The notes beneath the pieces were generated by a model, which saw only the letters and a program-made list of their open reading frames with translations, did not search any database and had not been told where the DNA came from. Position numbers and translations under genes: made by a program. A DNA stretch of 64,000 nucleotides from Paracoccaceae bacterium. GTDB lineage: Bacteria > Pseudomonadota > Alphaproteobacteria > MPNO01 > UBA830. Each line of letters starts with the position of its first letter. Positions within the stretch are counted from its first letter, which is position 1. Below are positions 30,697-39,964 of this stretch, piece after piece. The stretch spans positions 33,431-97,430 of the forward strand of contig JBLIMV010000017.1 of NCBI GenBank assembly GCA_047638395.1, written 5' to 3'.

Positions 30697-31707
30697 GTGA
30701 TCATCGATTGTCATGGCCATTACACCACCGAGCCTTCGCAGCTCACCGATTACCGCAAATCACAGCTCGATGCGCTGGATGCCGATCCCTCTTTCGTGCC
30801 GACACCGGCCGATCTGAAAATTTCGGATGACGAGATCCGCGAACGACTGGAACCGAACCAGATCAAGCTGTTGCGGGAACGCGGCATCGACAAGACAATT
30901 TTTTCGCCGCGTGCCGTCGGCATGGGCCATCATCTCGGTACCGAACAGACGGGGTATTACTGGGCTGAGGTCTGCAACAACATGATCCGCCGGGTTTGCG
31001 ACCTCTATCCCGACAAATTCATCCCGGTCTGCCAGCTGCCGCAATTTCCCGGCGTCGAGCCGGCAAAAGCCGTGGCGGAGCTCGAACGCTGCGTCAACGA
31101 GATGGGCTTTATCGGCTGCAACGTGAACCCGGATCCGTCCGGCGCGTGGTGGACCGACCCGCCGATCACCGACAAGTGGTGGTATCCGCTATGGGAGAAA
31201 ATGGTCGAACTGGATGTGCCGGGCATGCTGCATGTTTCAGGCTCGTGCAATCCGAACTTCCATCACACCGGCGCGCATTACATCGCCGGCGATACCACGG
31301 TGTTCATGCAGCTCATCGTCGGCGATCTGTTCAAGGATTTCCCAACGCTGAAATTCATCATCCCGCATGGCGGCGGGGCTGTGCCATTCCATTGGGGCCG
31401 TTACCGCGGCCTGGCACAGGACATGGGCAAACCGACGCTGGACGAGCACCTGCTGAATAATGTGTTCTTCGACACCTGCGTCTATCACCAGCCGGGCATC
31501 GACTGCATGACCAAGGTTATCCCGACCAAGAACATCCTGTTCGCATCCGAAATGGTCGGTGCTGTACGCGGCATCGATCCGGAAACCGGGTTCAATTACG
31601 ACGACACGAAACGATATATCGACGGCACACCGAACCTGACCGATGCCGAAAAGACAGAAGTATTCAGCGGCAATGTCCAGAAAGTGTTCAGCCGGCTGAA
31701 GATCTGA
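30697..31707 (+). CDS. amidohydrolase-2 family protein (ACMSD-like metal-dependent decarboxylase/hydrolase)
   Basis: The N-terminus MIIDCHGHY is the HxH metal motif of the amidohydrolase_2 family. Length is 336 aa. An AAGGGA ribosome-binding site precedes the GTG start. Confidence 0.7.
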   Translation: MIIDCHGHYTTEPSQLTDYRKSQLDALDADPSFVPTPADLKISDDEIRERLEPNQIKLLRERGIDKTIFSPRAVGMGHHLGTEQTGYYWAEVCNNMIRRVCDLYPDKFIPVCQLPQFPGVEPAKAVAELERCVNEMGFIGCNVNPDPSGAWWTDPPITDKWWYPLWEKMVELDVPGMLHVSGSCNPNFHHTGAHYIAGDTTVFMQLIVGDLFKDFPTLKFIIPHGGGAVPFHWGRYRGLAQDMGKPTLDEHLLNNVFFDTCVYHQPGIDCMTKVIPTKNILFASEMVGAVRGIDPETGFNYDDTKRYIDGTPNLTDAEKTEVFSGNVQKVFSRLKI

Positions 31708-31793
31708 CAGACGACACCTACAAAACGTCAGGGCCCCGCAGAATTTCTTCTGTGGGGCCCTTGTCGTTTTGGATCGTAAAGTAGCGAAGTGCC

Positions 31794-33080
31794 TTAAACG
31801 GTCGCCCGCAATTTGCCTTCCTCGGCCTGCATCTCATCCTGACAGGCTTCGGCGTATTTCAGGTTCGTATCGAGCACAACGGCGATAGAACGCACCTTCA
31901 TATGCTCAGGGTCGCGGCCGGGCGGCAGGATGCCTTTTTCCTGAAGCTCGGTGGCAGCCTTGCGCAGCCGGTTCCGGGTCATGACGATGCCGTAATCGGT
32001 CTGGACAAGGTTTTCCCGAGTCCGATCAACAATGGGCCCCATGGATTCCTGCAGGCTCGCATCCTGCATCCCGAAACCGAAAACCCCCGAATAAGTGTCG
32101 CCGCGCTTCTGGGCCTCGCGATCCATCATGTAGTCGTTGTCACTGTTCTGCTCGGGGCGGAACGTGCCCGGTATATTCTTGGTGTGGATGCCCTTGCCGT
32201 CGAGACAGGCCTGGCGCTCATCGGCGGTGAGCGGACGGGTCGGATGGTAGTCGTAGCTCCACGTCCAGCAATTTTCATCGTCAATCGGCACCCAGAAATG
32301 ACCGTGTTGCGGATGGTCTGCGCGTGGCGCGATCATCGTGAAGCAGGGCATCACCCACTGGGTAACGCGCCAGTAATGCTTGTCGCCTTCGACGTTTCGG
32401 CGCGCACCGATATACAGCCCGCCGTCAGACGGTTCGACCTCGAACACGGGTTTCAGGTCGCCCATATTGTAGCTATTGGCCTTGGCACCCTTGAACAAGG
32501 GATCGCGTTCCAGCTCGCGGGAATGCAGGAAGGACACGTGGCTGGAATCGATGCCGCCTTCGAGCGCCTGCAGCCAGTTGTTTTCCTGAATGCGTTTGGT
32601 GGTGACGGTTTGTTCCGGCGCCACGGTGGCAAATTCCCACAATGGTTCCGGCGGGCGGGATTCGGCGGGTCCCATGTAGGTCCACAGAACATCGCCGACC
32701 TTGATCAGCGGATAGGCCTGAAGTTTTACTTCTTCCCTGAACTTGCTGTCATCACCCTCCGACGGGATGTCGACGCAATTGCCTTCAACGTCGAATTTCC
32801 AGCCATGATAGGGGCACCGCAGCCCACACTCCTCGTTGCGGCCAAACCACAACGACACACGCCGATGGGCGCAGAATTCCTCGAGGAGACCGTAGCGGCC
32901 GTCGGTATCGCGAAAGGCGATCATCGCTTCGCCAAGCAGTTTCACGCGGACCGGCGGGCAATCGTTCTCCGGCAGCTCGGAGGCCAGCATCGCAGGCATC
33001 CAGTACTGACGAAAGAGCTCGCCCATCGGCGTACCGGCGTCGGTCTGCGTCAGTAAATCGTTCACTTCCTTGCGAAGCAT
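31794..33080 (-). CDS. Rieske [2Fe-2S] aromatic ring-hydroxylating oxygenase alpha subunit (phthalate-family / VanA-like, no beta subunit)
   Basis: The Rieske motif reads CAHRRVSLWFG...CPYHGWKF (CxH-x17-CxxH). The C-terminal catalytic domain carries mononuclear-iron His/Asp ligands. Length is 428 aa. Confidence 0.8.
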   Translation of the reverse strand: MLRKEVNDLLTQTDAGTPMGELFRQYWMPAMLASELPENDCPPVRVKLLGEAMIAFRDTDGRYGLLEEFCAHRRVSLWFGRNEECGLRCPYHGWKFDVEGNCVDIPSEGDDSKFREEVKLQAYPLIKVGDVLWTYMGPAESRPPEPLWEFATVAPEQTVTTKRIQENNWLQALEGGIDSSHVSFLHSRELERDPLFKGAKANSYNMGDLKPVFEVEPSDGGLYIGARRNVEGDKHYWRVTQWVMPCFTMIAPRADHPQHGHFWVPIDDENCWTWSYDYHPTRPLTADERQACLDGKGIHTKNIPGTFRPEQNSDNDYMMDREAQKRGDTYSGVFGFGMQDASLQESMGPIVDRTRENLVQTDYGIVMTRNRLRKAATELQEKGILPPGRDPEHMKVRSIAVVLDTNLKYAEACQDEMQAEEGKLRATV

Positions 33081-33174
33081 GTATCGTCTCCTGTATCACT
33101 TTCTGGATCGAAACCATGTCCGGTCCACGTGGAATTCTTGCCCTGTCTATAACGGTCTAGCGTCGTCGCTCCAA

Positions 33175-33249
33175 TATATTGTGGCGATGGCTGCCAGCCA
33201 GAATTTATCCGGGTGCGCCTGTAAACATAGCATTCTAAGTATATTGTGG
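33175..33249. promoter_or_regulatory. pair of 10-bp direct repeats TATATTGTGG (33175-33184 and 33240-33249) in the divergent promoter region between the Rieske oxygenase and alpha/beta hydrolase genes
   Basis: The repeats were read directly from the sequence. They lie 65 bp apart inside a 257-bp divergent intergenic spacer. Confidence 0.2.
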
Positions 33250-33337
33250 GAATTGATCATAGTTAAGTTAGGGAGCGCAGACTGACAAGTGTGCGACGCG
33301 ATGACCGCGATCCTTGATAGGCAAAAGGTAGAATAAC

Positions 33338-34192
33338 ATGCCCTTCACCGAAATAGACGGTATCGACACCCATTACGATGTCCGGGGAAACGGTCCTGCC
33401 CTGCTGATGTATGCGCCGGGCGGGTTCGATGCACGAATCGGACAGTGGAGCGACCTTGGCGTCTATAAACGCATAAAACTGCTCGACCATCTGCCTACCA
33501 AATACAGGTGTATCCTGTTCGACCGGCGCGAAAACGGCCAGTCCGGCGGCCGGGTGGAGCAAATCACGTGGGATCATTTCGTCCGTCAGGGCGCCGGCCT
33601 GCTGGATGCGCTGGGCGTCGACAAAGCACATATCATGGGCGGGTGCATGGGGTGCTGCCCGGTCTCGGCCTTCGCGGTGGCGCATCCCGAGCGGACCCTG
33701 TCGATGGTGCATTACTGGCCGGTGGGCGGTGCCCAATACCGCATCAGCAGCCATCAGCGGTTTGCAGCCCATGTCGAATTTGTTGAGGCGAACGGACTGC
33801 AGGCCGTCATCGATTTAGTGCATAGCCACGATAAAAACTTTTCCGGCGATCCGCGCGGCGGGCCATGGGGCCAGCCGATCCGGAATTCGGACACCTTCGC
33901 AACGGCCTATGCCGCCCTCGACCCGGCAAACTACGTTCAAACCGTGACGGCGATGTACCGCGACCTGATCGATCGCGACACATCCCCTGGTGCGGAGCCG
34001 GAAGACCTGATCGCGCTGAGAATTCCAAGCCTTATCGTGCCCGGCAACGATAATTTCCACGCGACATCTGCAGCGCATTATCTGCATGAATGCCTGGAAG
34101 GTTCCGAATTCTGGGATATGCCGGTCGACGATCAGACCGAAGAAAATGCACCGTCGCGGGTTCTCGACTTCCTGGACAGTGTCTCCGGTTAA
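33338..34192 (+). CDS. alpha/beta-fold hydrolase with Cys in the nucleophile elbow (GGCMG)
   Basis: The N-terminal HYDVRGNGPALLMYAPGGF pattern is present. The nucleophile elbow IMGGCMGCC has Cys in the Sm-x-Nu-x-Sm position, as in dienelactone-hydrolase-type enzymes. Confidence 0.6.
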   Translation: MPFTEIDGIDTHYDVRGNGPALLMYAPGGFDARIGQWSDLGVYKRIKLLDHLPTKYRCILFDRRENGQSGGRVEQITWDHFVRQGAGLLDALGVDKAHIMGGCMGCCPVSAFAVAHPERTLSMVHYWPVGGAQYRISSHQRFAAHVEFVEANGLQAVIDLVHSHDKNFSGDPRGGPWGQPIRNSDTFATAYAALDPANYVQTVTAMYRDLIDRDTSPGAEPEDLIALRIPSLIVPGNDNFHATSAAHYLHECLEGSEFWDMPVDDQTEENAPSRVLDFLDSVSG

Positions 34193-35130
34193 GCGACAGC
34201 GTTATGCACCGGCTTCGCAAACAGATCTTCGAGCGCCATCCGTTCAGGGATAATCTGCTGAGTGACCGCGTGCCCGATCAGCCCTTCGAGGGTGTCGCGG
34301 TTGGGGTCGATGCCGTAAGGCAGCGGATCATCCATGTAATCGAGCGCCGCCTGATGGATCTTGTCGACCCGGCTTGGCACTGAAACCCGCCCGGCTTTCA
34401 GATCGTCGACATAAAGCCGTTTTGACGCCGCGAAGGCATCGAACACCTGAACCGCAACATCGGGGTTGTCCTTCAACAGTTCGTCACGCACGACGACGCA
34501 GTGATTGATCGGATACAACCCCCGGGTCTTCAGCGCCGACACAGCGGCGGCGAACGGATCTTCGAACATCGTTGCGACATCCGGGTGATTGACCTTCGCG
34601 CCGACCGCAGCGACCAGATCGCCCGATGACAGCCGCCCTTCAAGATCGCCGTCTTCCAGTGGTTGTACATTATCGGGGGCACGGTATTCCGCGACATGCT
34701 CATCACCTGACGGCGCCCAGGTGATCGATGCCAGATCGACATCGAACTCATCCTGAATAATCGACCGCGCCCAAACGCCGGTGGTCACAGTATAGCCCCG
34801 GTTCACCCCGACCCGTTTGCCGATGAGGCCTGCCGGCGAGATCAGCCCCGACGGGACATGGTGCAGAATCGCATCGTGATGAAAATCGCGCACGAGAAAG
34901 ATCGGCAGGGCCGTAAACTTCACGCCATGCGCCTTGGCACATATATAGGTCGTCAGCGCCATTTCGCAGACATCATAGGCGAGTTCGCGCACCATCCGGC
35001 GGAATCCGTGTACCAGAACGGGCACTTCCTCGAAATCGAGGTCGAAATCAGGCAGTGAAATCTCGCCTTCCTTCAATGCGCGATTGTTGCCCTGGGTCCG
35101 GGAGACGGCGCGAATTTTAGTCTTAGTCAT
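34189..35130 (-). CDS. NMT1/THI5-like (periplasmic-binding-protein fold) protein, 4,5-dihydroxyphthalate decarboxylase (PhtD)-like
   Basis: The N-terminal pattern MTKTKIRAV..EGEISLPDFDLDFEEV resembles the PhtD family (KL.L...DYD....L..G.V...G.D). Length is 313 aa. Confidence 0.45.
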   Translation of the reverse strand: MTKTKIRAVSRTQGNNRALKEGEISLPDFDLDFEEVPVLVHGFRRMVRELAYDVCEMALTTYICAKAHGVKFTALPIFLVRDFHHDAILHHVPSGLISPAGLIGKRVGVNRGYTVTTGVWARSIIQDEFDVDLASITWAPSGDEHVAEYRAPDNVQPLEDGDLEGRLSSGDLVAAVGAKVNHPDVATMFEDPFAAAVSALKTRGLYPINHCVVVRDELLKDNPDVAVQVFDAFAASKRLYVDDLKAGRVSVPSRVDKIHQAALDYMDDPLPYGIDPNRDTLEGLIGHAVTQQIIPERMALEDLFAKPVHNAVA

Positions 35131-35154
35131 CGTTTTGTCTTTTCTTTCAGTGAG

Positions 35155-35448
35155 TTAGCAACAATCTATATCGCCGTTATCTTCCAGCGCCGGCAACAAC
35201 CAGCGGACCGGCAGGTCGGCATCCTGCACCGTTGCCACCGGTGAGAATACCTTCAGCCGGTAGCGGCGCTCGGCTTTCCAGAAGATCACATTGGTCTCCT
35301 GCGGCGGAAACCCCGGCCTGATCCCCGGATCCTGCGACACCAGGATAATCTCGGATTCAGGGATACCAAAATGCGCGCGCACCAGACCCTCAACGCGCGA
35401 AATATCGCCAAGGGTGTTTTTTTCCGGTCCGAGTCTTCTGAACATCCG
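35155..35448 (-). CDS. small hypothetical protein (~97 aa)
   Basis: Only the short version of the ORF, from the internal ATG (MFRRLGPEKN), is retained. The longer six-frame ORF overlaps the ADH gene. The stop lies 24 nt upstream of the PhtD-like start on the same strand. No recognisable motif was found. Confidence 0.3.
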   Translation of the reverse strand, partial: RMFRRLGPEKNTLGDISRVEGLVRAHFGIPESEIILVSQDPGIRPGFPPQETNVIFWKAERRYRLKVFSPVATVQDADLPVRWLLPALEDNGDIDCC

Positions 35449-35526
35449 TGATTCCGCAGCTACGACATTGCCGGAACTCTGCCGCTTTGGTAAGTCATGG
35501 TCAATAAGAACACAGGAGAGATCGGC

Positions 35527-36630
35527 GTGACTGAAAAAGTAAACGCGGCCGTCAGAACGGCGCCCCAGACAACCGAATTTCGTGAATACGACATGCCGGA
35601 CATCCCGGACGAAGCAGCGCTTCTGAAGGTCGAGGTCGCCGGCATCTGCGGCACGGACGTAAAATTCTATTCTAAGCCGCCATTCGAAGGTCCCGTCATC
35701 ATGGGCCACGAAAACATCGGCTACATCGCCAAGGCGGGCAAAACGTTCCAGAAACGCCGCGGGCTGAAAGAAGGCGATCTTGTCTTTGCCGAACATTATG
35801 TCGGCTGCATGAATTGCGAACATTGCCACCGCGGTGATTACCGCCTGTGCATGGCAACCGACTGGCGCAAAAACCCGGAAGGGCTACGCTTCGGCTACAC
35901 GCTGGCCGAACGCGCGCCGCATCTGTTCGGCGGGTTTGCCGAATACATGTACCTGCCGTGGAACTCGGTTATTCACAAAGTACCGGACGGGCTGTCACCC
36001 GAACTGGCCGGTGTCGTCACGCCGATGGCCAATGGTATTCAGTGGGCCCTGTTCGACTGCGGCGTCGGGTATGACAGCCGCGTGCTGATCCAGGGACCCG
36101 GCCAGCAGGGTCTGAGCCAGCTGGTTGCCTGCAAACAGGCTGGTGCATCGCTGATTATTATCACCGGCACCGCGAAGGACACCGCACGCATGGAGGTCGC
36201 AAAGAAACTCGGCGCCGACTGCGTGATCAATGTGGACGAGGAAGATCCGCTCGAGAAAATCAACGAAGTCACCGGCGGCGAAGGCGTTGACGTGTCTCTC
36301 GATTGCACGGCAGGCGCCGGCACCATCCCGGTCCTGCTCGGCATCGAAGCGCTGAAGCGCAAGGGCGGCACCCTGTTGATCCAGGGCGACGTCGCGGAGT
36401 TCCCGAACTTCCCGTTGGGCAAGGTTGCGACAAAATACATCACCGTCAAAGCCGCCCGTGGCCACAATTACGAGAGCTGCGAACTGGCGCTCAGGCAACT
36501 TAATTCCGACCGGTTTGATCTGGATATGATCACAACACACCGCTTTGCGCTCAAAGATACGCATGAGGCGATCAACGCGGTCGGTGGAAGCGGCGACGTC
36601 ATCCACGTCTCGCTGATGCCCTGGGCGTAA
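35527..36630 (+). CDS. zinc-dependent medium-chain alcohol dehydrogenase (MDR family)
   Basis: The catalytic Zn ligands GICGTD..H, the structural-Zn Cys cluster CMNCEHCHRGDYRLC and the Rossmann GPGQQG motif are present. The start is GTG 35527, which lies behind a perfect AGGAGAG ribosome-binding site. Confidence 0.8.
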   Translation: MTEKVNAAVRTAPQTTEFREYDMPDIPDEAALLKVEVAGICGTDVKFYSKPPFEGPVIMGHENIGYIAKAGKTFQKRRGLKEGDLVFAEHYVGCMNCEHCHRGDYRLCMATDWRKNPEGLRFGYTLAERAPHLFGGFAEYMYLPWNSVIHKVPDGLSPELAGVVTPMANGIQWALFDCGVGYDSRVLIQGPGQQGLSQLVACKQAGASLIIITGTAKDTARMEVAKKLGADCVINVDEEDPLEKINEVTGGEGVDVSLDCTAGAGTIPVLLGIEALKRKGGTLLIQGDVAEFPNFPLGKVATKYITVKAARGHNYESCELALRQLNSDRFDLDMITTHRFALKDTHEAINAVGGSGDVIHVSLMPWA

Positions 36631-36633
36631 CAA

Positions 36634-37659
36634 TTGACCGTCCCCGCCGAAACCCCTGACACAAGGATACCGGTTACGGTCCTGACGGGGTTTCTGGGGG
36701 CGGGCAAAACGACCCTGCTCAACCGCCTGCTGTCGGAACTTTCGGGAAAGCGTTTCGCCGTCATCGTCAATGAGTTCGGCGATATCGGAATCGACGGCGA
36801 TCTGATTGAAACCGGCGAGGAAGAGCTGATCGAACTGAGCAGCGGCTGTATCTGCTGTGTCGTTCGGGGCGATCTGATCCGGGGCATGCGCAACCTGCTG
36901 GTCGAGAAACCGGGCCTCGACGGGATCATTATCGAGACCACAGGTCTCGCCAACCCCAGCCCGGTGATCCAGACCCTGGTCATCGATCAGGTCATCGGTG
37001 CGCAGTGCCGCCTGGATTCGGTGCTCTGTGTGGTCGACGCGGTACATATCACCGCCCAACTGACGGAAGGCGTCGACGCCGCCGACCAGATCGCGTTCAG
37101 CGACCATCTGGTTTTGAATAAAATCGACGATGCCACACAGCCCGTCGCCGACATAGAAGCCAGCCTGCGCCAACTTAACCCGTTCGCCCCGATCACCCGT
37201 ACAAACCGTGCCGATGTCCCGGCTAGTCAGGTACTAAACCGCAACGGGTTCGATCTCGACCGGATCGAGGCCCAGCTGCCAGCCGATACGGATCATGACC
37301 ACCAGGATCACGACGGGCATCAGGATCATGGCGGACACATCGACAAAACAGGGATCACCAGCGTGTCGTTGACCTGCGCTGAACCGCTGCACGCAGACCT
37401 GCTGGAAGAATGGCTACAGGATCTGCTGGCGCGCCATGGAACAGACATCCTGCGCACAAAGGGCATCCTGTCCATCGCGGGAGAAAACCGGAAACTGGCC
37501 CTGCAGGCGGTGAACATGATGCTGGAAGGCGATTTTATCGGCGCATGGGGAACTGAACAGCGCGGATCGCGCATCGTCTTTATCGGCCGGAACCTGGACC
37601 GCAACAATCTGTATCAGGCTTTCCAGAAATGCCGGGCGGCGGTCGCCGCAGAAGCCTAA
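36634..37659 (+). CDS. COG0523 (CobW/YeiR/ZigA-like) metallochaperone GTPase with His-rich insertion
   Basis: The Walker [12 protein letters not shown] and the CxCC motif GCICCV are present. A His-rich stretch, [18 protein letters not shown], is typical of Zn-responsive COG0523 members. Confidence 0.75.
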   Translation: MTVPAETPDTRIPVTVLTGFLGAGKTTLLNRLLSELSGKRFAVIVNEFGDIGIDGDLIETGEEELIELSSGCICCVVRGDLIRGMRNLLVEKPGLDGIIIETTGLANPSPVIQTLVIDQVIGAQCRLDSVLCVVDAVHITAQLTEGVDAADQIAFSDHLVLNKIDDATQPVADIEASLRQLNPFAPITRTNRADVPASQVLNRNGFDLDRIEAQLPADTDHDHQDHDGHQDHGGHIDKTGITSVSLTCAEPLHADLLEEWLQDLLARHGTDILRTKGILSIAGENRKLALQAVNMMLEGDFIGAWGTEQRGSRIVFIGRNLDRNNLYQAFQKCRAAVAAEA

Positions 37660-37678
37660 GACTTAGGGAGCTTAGATC

Positions 37679-38227
37679 ATGACCAGAATTCCCGTCCTCG
37701 ACCGGGACGACATGGATGCCGAACAGCAGGCAGTCCATGACCGGATTGTCGCCAATAACGCCCGCGTCGGGTTCGGCCCGGCCATCGGTTACGCCTATTC
37801 CGCAGGTGTCTGGCAGATACACAACACATCCAGCGCACATCTGCTGGATTGTTCCCTCACCAACGCGCAGGTGCGCATCGTGTCGCTGATGACAGTGCGG
37901 CACTGGAAAGCGGCCTACCCCTGGAGCGCGCAGGCGAAAACAGCGCTGAAGGCAGGACTTGATCCTGCAATCATCGAGGCGATCAATGAGGGTACGGACC
38001 CGGACTTCGACGATGCCGCGGATGCCGCCGTGCATGACGCCGCCCGTGAACTTCTGGCGACCGGTACGCTGTCAGACGAAGGGTTCAAGGCGGCTGAGAC
38101 AACGCTCGGCTATCAGCGTGTGGTCGAGCTTGTTGGCGCGATCGGACATTTCTGCACGACGGCGATGATGGCAAACGTGGTCGGCGTAACACCAGCCGCC
38201 GATGCGCCATCGCACCTCAAAAAATAG
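37679..38227 (+). CDS. carboxymuconolactone decarboxylase (CMD/AhpD-like) family protein
   Basis: The 182-aa protein has an AhpD-like helical fold pattern (HLLDCSLTN...RHWKAAYPW). An AGGGAG ribosome-binding site precedes the start. Confidence 0.6.
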   Translation: MTRIPVLDRDDMDAEQQAVHDRIVANNARVGFGPAIGYAYSAGVWQIHNTSSAHLLDCSLTNAQVRIVSLMTVRHWKAAYPWSAQAKTALKAGLDPAIIEAINEGTDPDFDDAADAAVHDAARELLATGTLSDEGFKAAETTLGYQRVVELVGAIGHFCTTAMMANVVGVTPAADAPSHLKK

Positions 38228-38270
38228 CCAAAAGACTCCAATACAAGAATAACGGGAAAAGGGACCCCCG

Positions 38271-39260
38271 ATGAACAAGCTCAAACTCAGTATCGCCTCG
38301 ACGGATTACGATCACTTCCGCGATTTCCGTACCGGTGACGTCCGGGCCGAAGGGATCGACCATACATGGTCGATGCTGGGTCACCACGAAGTGTTCGCGC
38401 GCTTCACTGCGAACCGTGAATGGGATGTCGCCGAGCTCAGCTTTGCCAAGTTCTCGGCCCAGATCACCCGCGATGACTGCGACATCGTCGGCCTGCCGGT
38501 GGTGTGTTCGCGCCTGTTCCGGTTCTCATCGTTCTATGTGAACAAGAACGCGGGCATCAAAACGGTCGAGGACCTGAAGGGCAAACGCATCGGCTCGCCA
38601 GAGTGGGCGCACTCCGCCGCCGTCTATATGCGCGGCTGGATGCATAACGACTGCGGCGTCAAACTGCCTGACGTACACTGGTATCAGGCGGGCGCCAACG
38701 CGCCGGGCCGCGTCGAAAAGGTCGAACTGAACCTGCCCGAAGGTGTCGAGATTACTCGCGTCGCCGACAAGTCGCTGTCGGAAATGCTGGCGTCAGGCGA
38801 GATCGATTGCGCCATCATCGCCCGTCCGCCGACCTGTTTTCTCGAAGGCCACCCGGATATCGAGCGGCTCTTCCCCGACTATCTGGAAATGGAAGAAGAC
38901 TATTACGACCGCACCAAGGTGTGGCCGATCATGCATATCATCGCGATCCAGAAACATATTTTGGATGAAAACCCGTGGGTCGCGCGCAACCTGTTCAACG
39001 CCTTCAACGAATCCAAGCGGCGCAGCCTGGAACGCATGTTCGATCCGGCGGTGTCACGCTATCCCCTGCCCTGGGTGCCGACTTATGCGCGCAAAGTTCA
39101 GGAAACCTTCGGCGATGACCCGTTCCCGTTCGGGATCGACGAGAACCGCGCGACCTGGGAACAGATGCTGCTCTATACCTATCAGCAGGGCATCGCACTC
39201 AAGCATGTCGCGCCCGAAGATATTTTTCCGAAGGGGCTGATGACCAAAGTCGTCGTTTAG
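38271..39260 (+). CDS. 4,5-dihydroxyphthalate decarboxylase (PhtD)-like NMT1/THI5-fold protein
   Basis: The N-terminus MNKLKLSIASTDYDHFRDFRTGDVRAEGID...WDVAELSFAKF closely follows the PhtD family pattern. Length is 329 aa. Confidence 0.55.
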   Translation: MNKLKLSIASTDYDHFRDFRTGDVRAEGIDHTWSMLGHHEVFARFTANREWDVAELSFAKFSAQITRDDCDIVGLPVVCSRLFRFSSFYVNKNAGIKTVEDLKGKRIGSPEWAHSAAVYMRGWMHNDCGVKLPDVHWYQAGANAPGRVEKVELNLPEGVEITRVADKSLSEMLASGEIDCAIIARPPTCFLEGHPDIERLFPDYLEMEEDYYDRTKVWPIMHIIAIQKHILDENPWVARNLFNAFNESKRRSLERMFDPAVSRYPLPWVPTYARKVQETFGDDPFPFGIDENRATWEQMLLYTYQQGIALKHVAPEDIFPKGLMTKVVV

Positions 39261-39280
39261 GATCACAGGGACAGATCGAT

Positions 39281-39964
39281 ATGAGCGAGATAGAAGACCA
39301 TAAACAACAGATCGTGCGCTGCATCCGCATGCTGGAGCGCTGCGGCATCATGGATTATAACGGCCATGCGAGCACCCGGATCGGCGACAACCGGATGCTG
39401 ATCAATATCGGATCCTGCCAACGCAGCCGACTGACAACCGACGATATCTGTACCATCGATTTCGACGGGAATGTGATCGAAGGGAATGGCAAGCCGCCGC
39501 TCGAATTTCATCTGCACGCCGGCATCTACAAGGCGCGCGCAGATGTCGATGCCGTCGTTCACTGCCACCCGCGGTGGTCGACCACACTGTCGACGGCGGG
39601 GGTCGAATACCTGCCGGTCTACGCGCAGGGCTCGCTGGTCTACCCGCTGCCGGTGCTCGATTCACCGGATTCAATCAACAACCCGGTCATGTCGGGGCGG
39701 CTGAACGACACGCTCGGCGAGCGCCCGGCAGCATTGATGAAAGCGCACGGCGCGGTGACGACGGGCAAGACCCTGATCGATGCCTTCGTGTTGCTCAACT
39801 ATCTGGAAGAAAACGCCGAGCGTCAGTACATGGCGGCGCAGATCGGCACACCTTATGCATTTACGGCAGACGAGCTTGCGCTGTGCCGTGAAAAACTGTG
39901 GACCGCGAGCCTGTTCCAGCGCACCTGGGACCATTTCAGCGCAAAACTGGATGATGGTGCCTGA
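39281..39964 (+). CDS. class II aldolase/adducin-domain protein (aldolase or decarboxylase)
   Basis: The metal-binding His pattern (EFHLH...VVHCHP) of the class II aldolase family is present. Length is 227 aa. Confidence 0.7.
   Translation: MSEIEDHKQQIVRCIRMLERCGIMDYNGHASTRIGDNRMLINIGSCQRSRLTTDDICTIDFDGNVIEGNGKPPLEFHLHAGIYKARADVDAVVHCHPRWSTTLSTAGVEYLPVYAQGSLVYPLPVLDSPDSINNPVMSGRLNDTLGERPAALMKAHGAVTTGKTLIDAFVLLNYLEENAERQYMAAQIGTPYAFTADELALCREKLWTASLFQRTWDHFSAKLDDGA

Noticed and set aside
31902-33056. A 384-aa plus-strand ORF.
   Set aside because: It is antisense to the Rieske oxygenase alpha subunit, which carries a clear CxH...CxxH motif. It has no motifs of its own.
35155-35829. The full-length 224-aa minus-strand ORF.
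   Set aside because: Its 5' 380 nt overlap the alcohol dehydrogenase gene on the opposite strand, including the region around that gene's RBS-supported GTG start. Only the 3' portion, from an internal ATG at 35448, was retained as a low-confidence small gene.
35995-37173. A 392-aa minus-strand ORF, plus 36468..36983 minus.
   Set aside because: It is antisense to the Zn-ADH and COG0523 genes, both with strong motifs and ribosome-binding sites. It was rejected as spurious.
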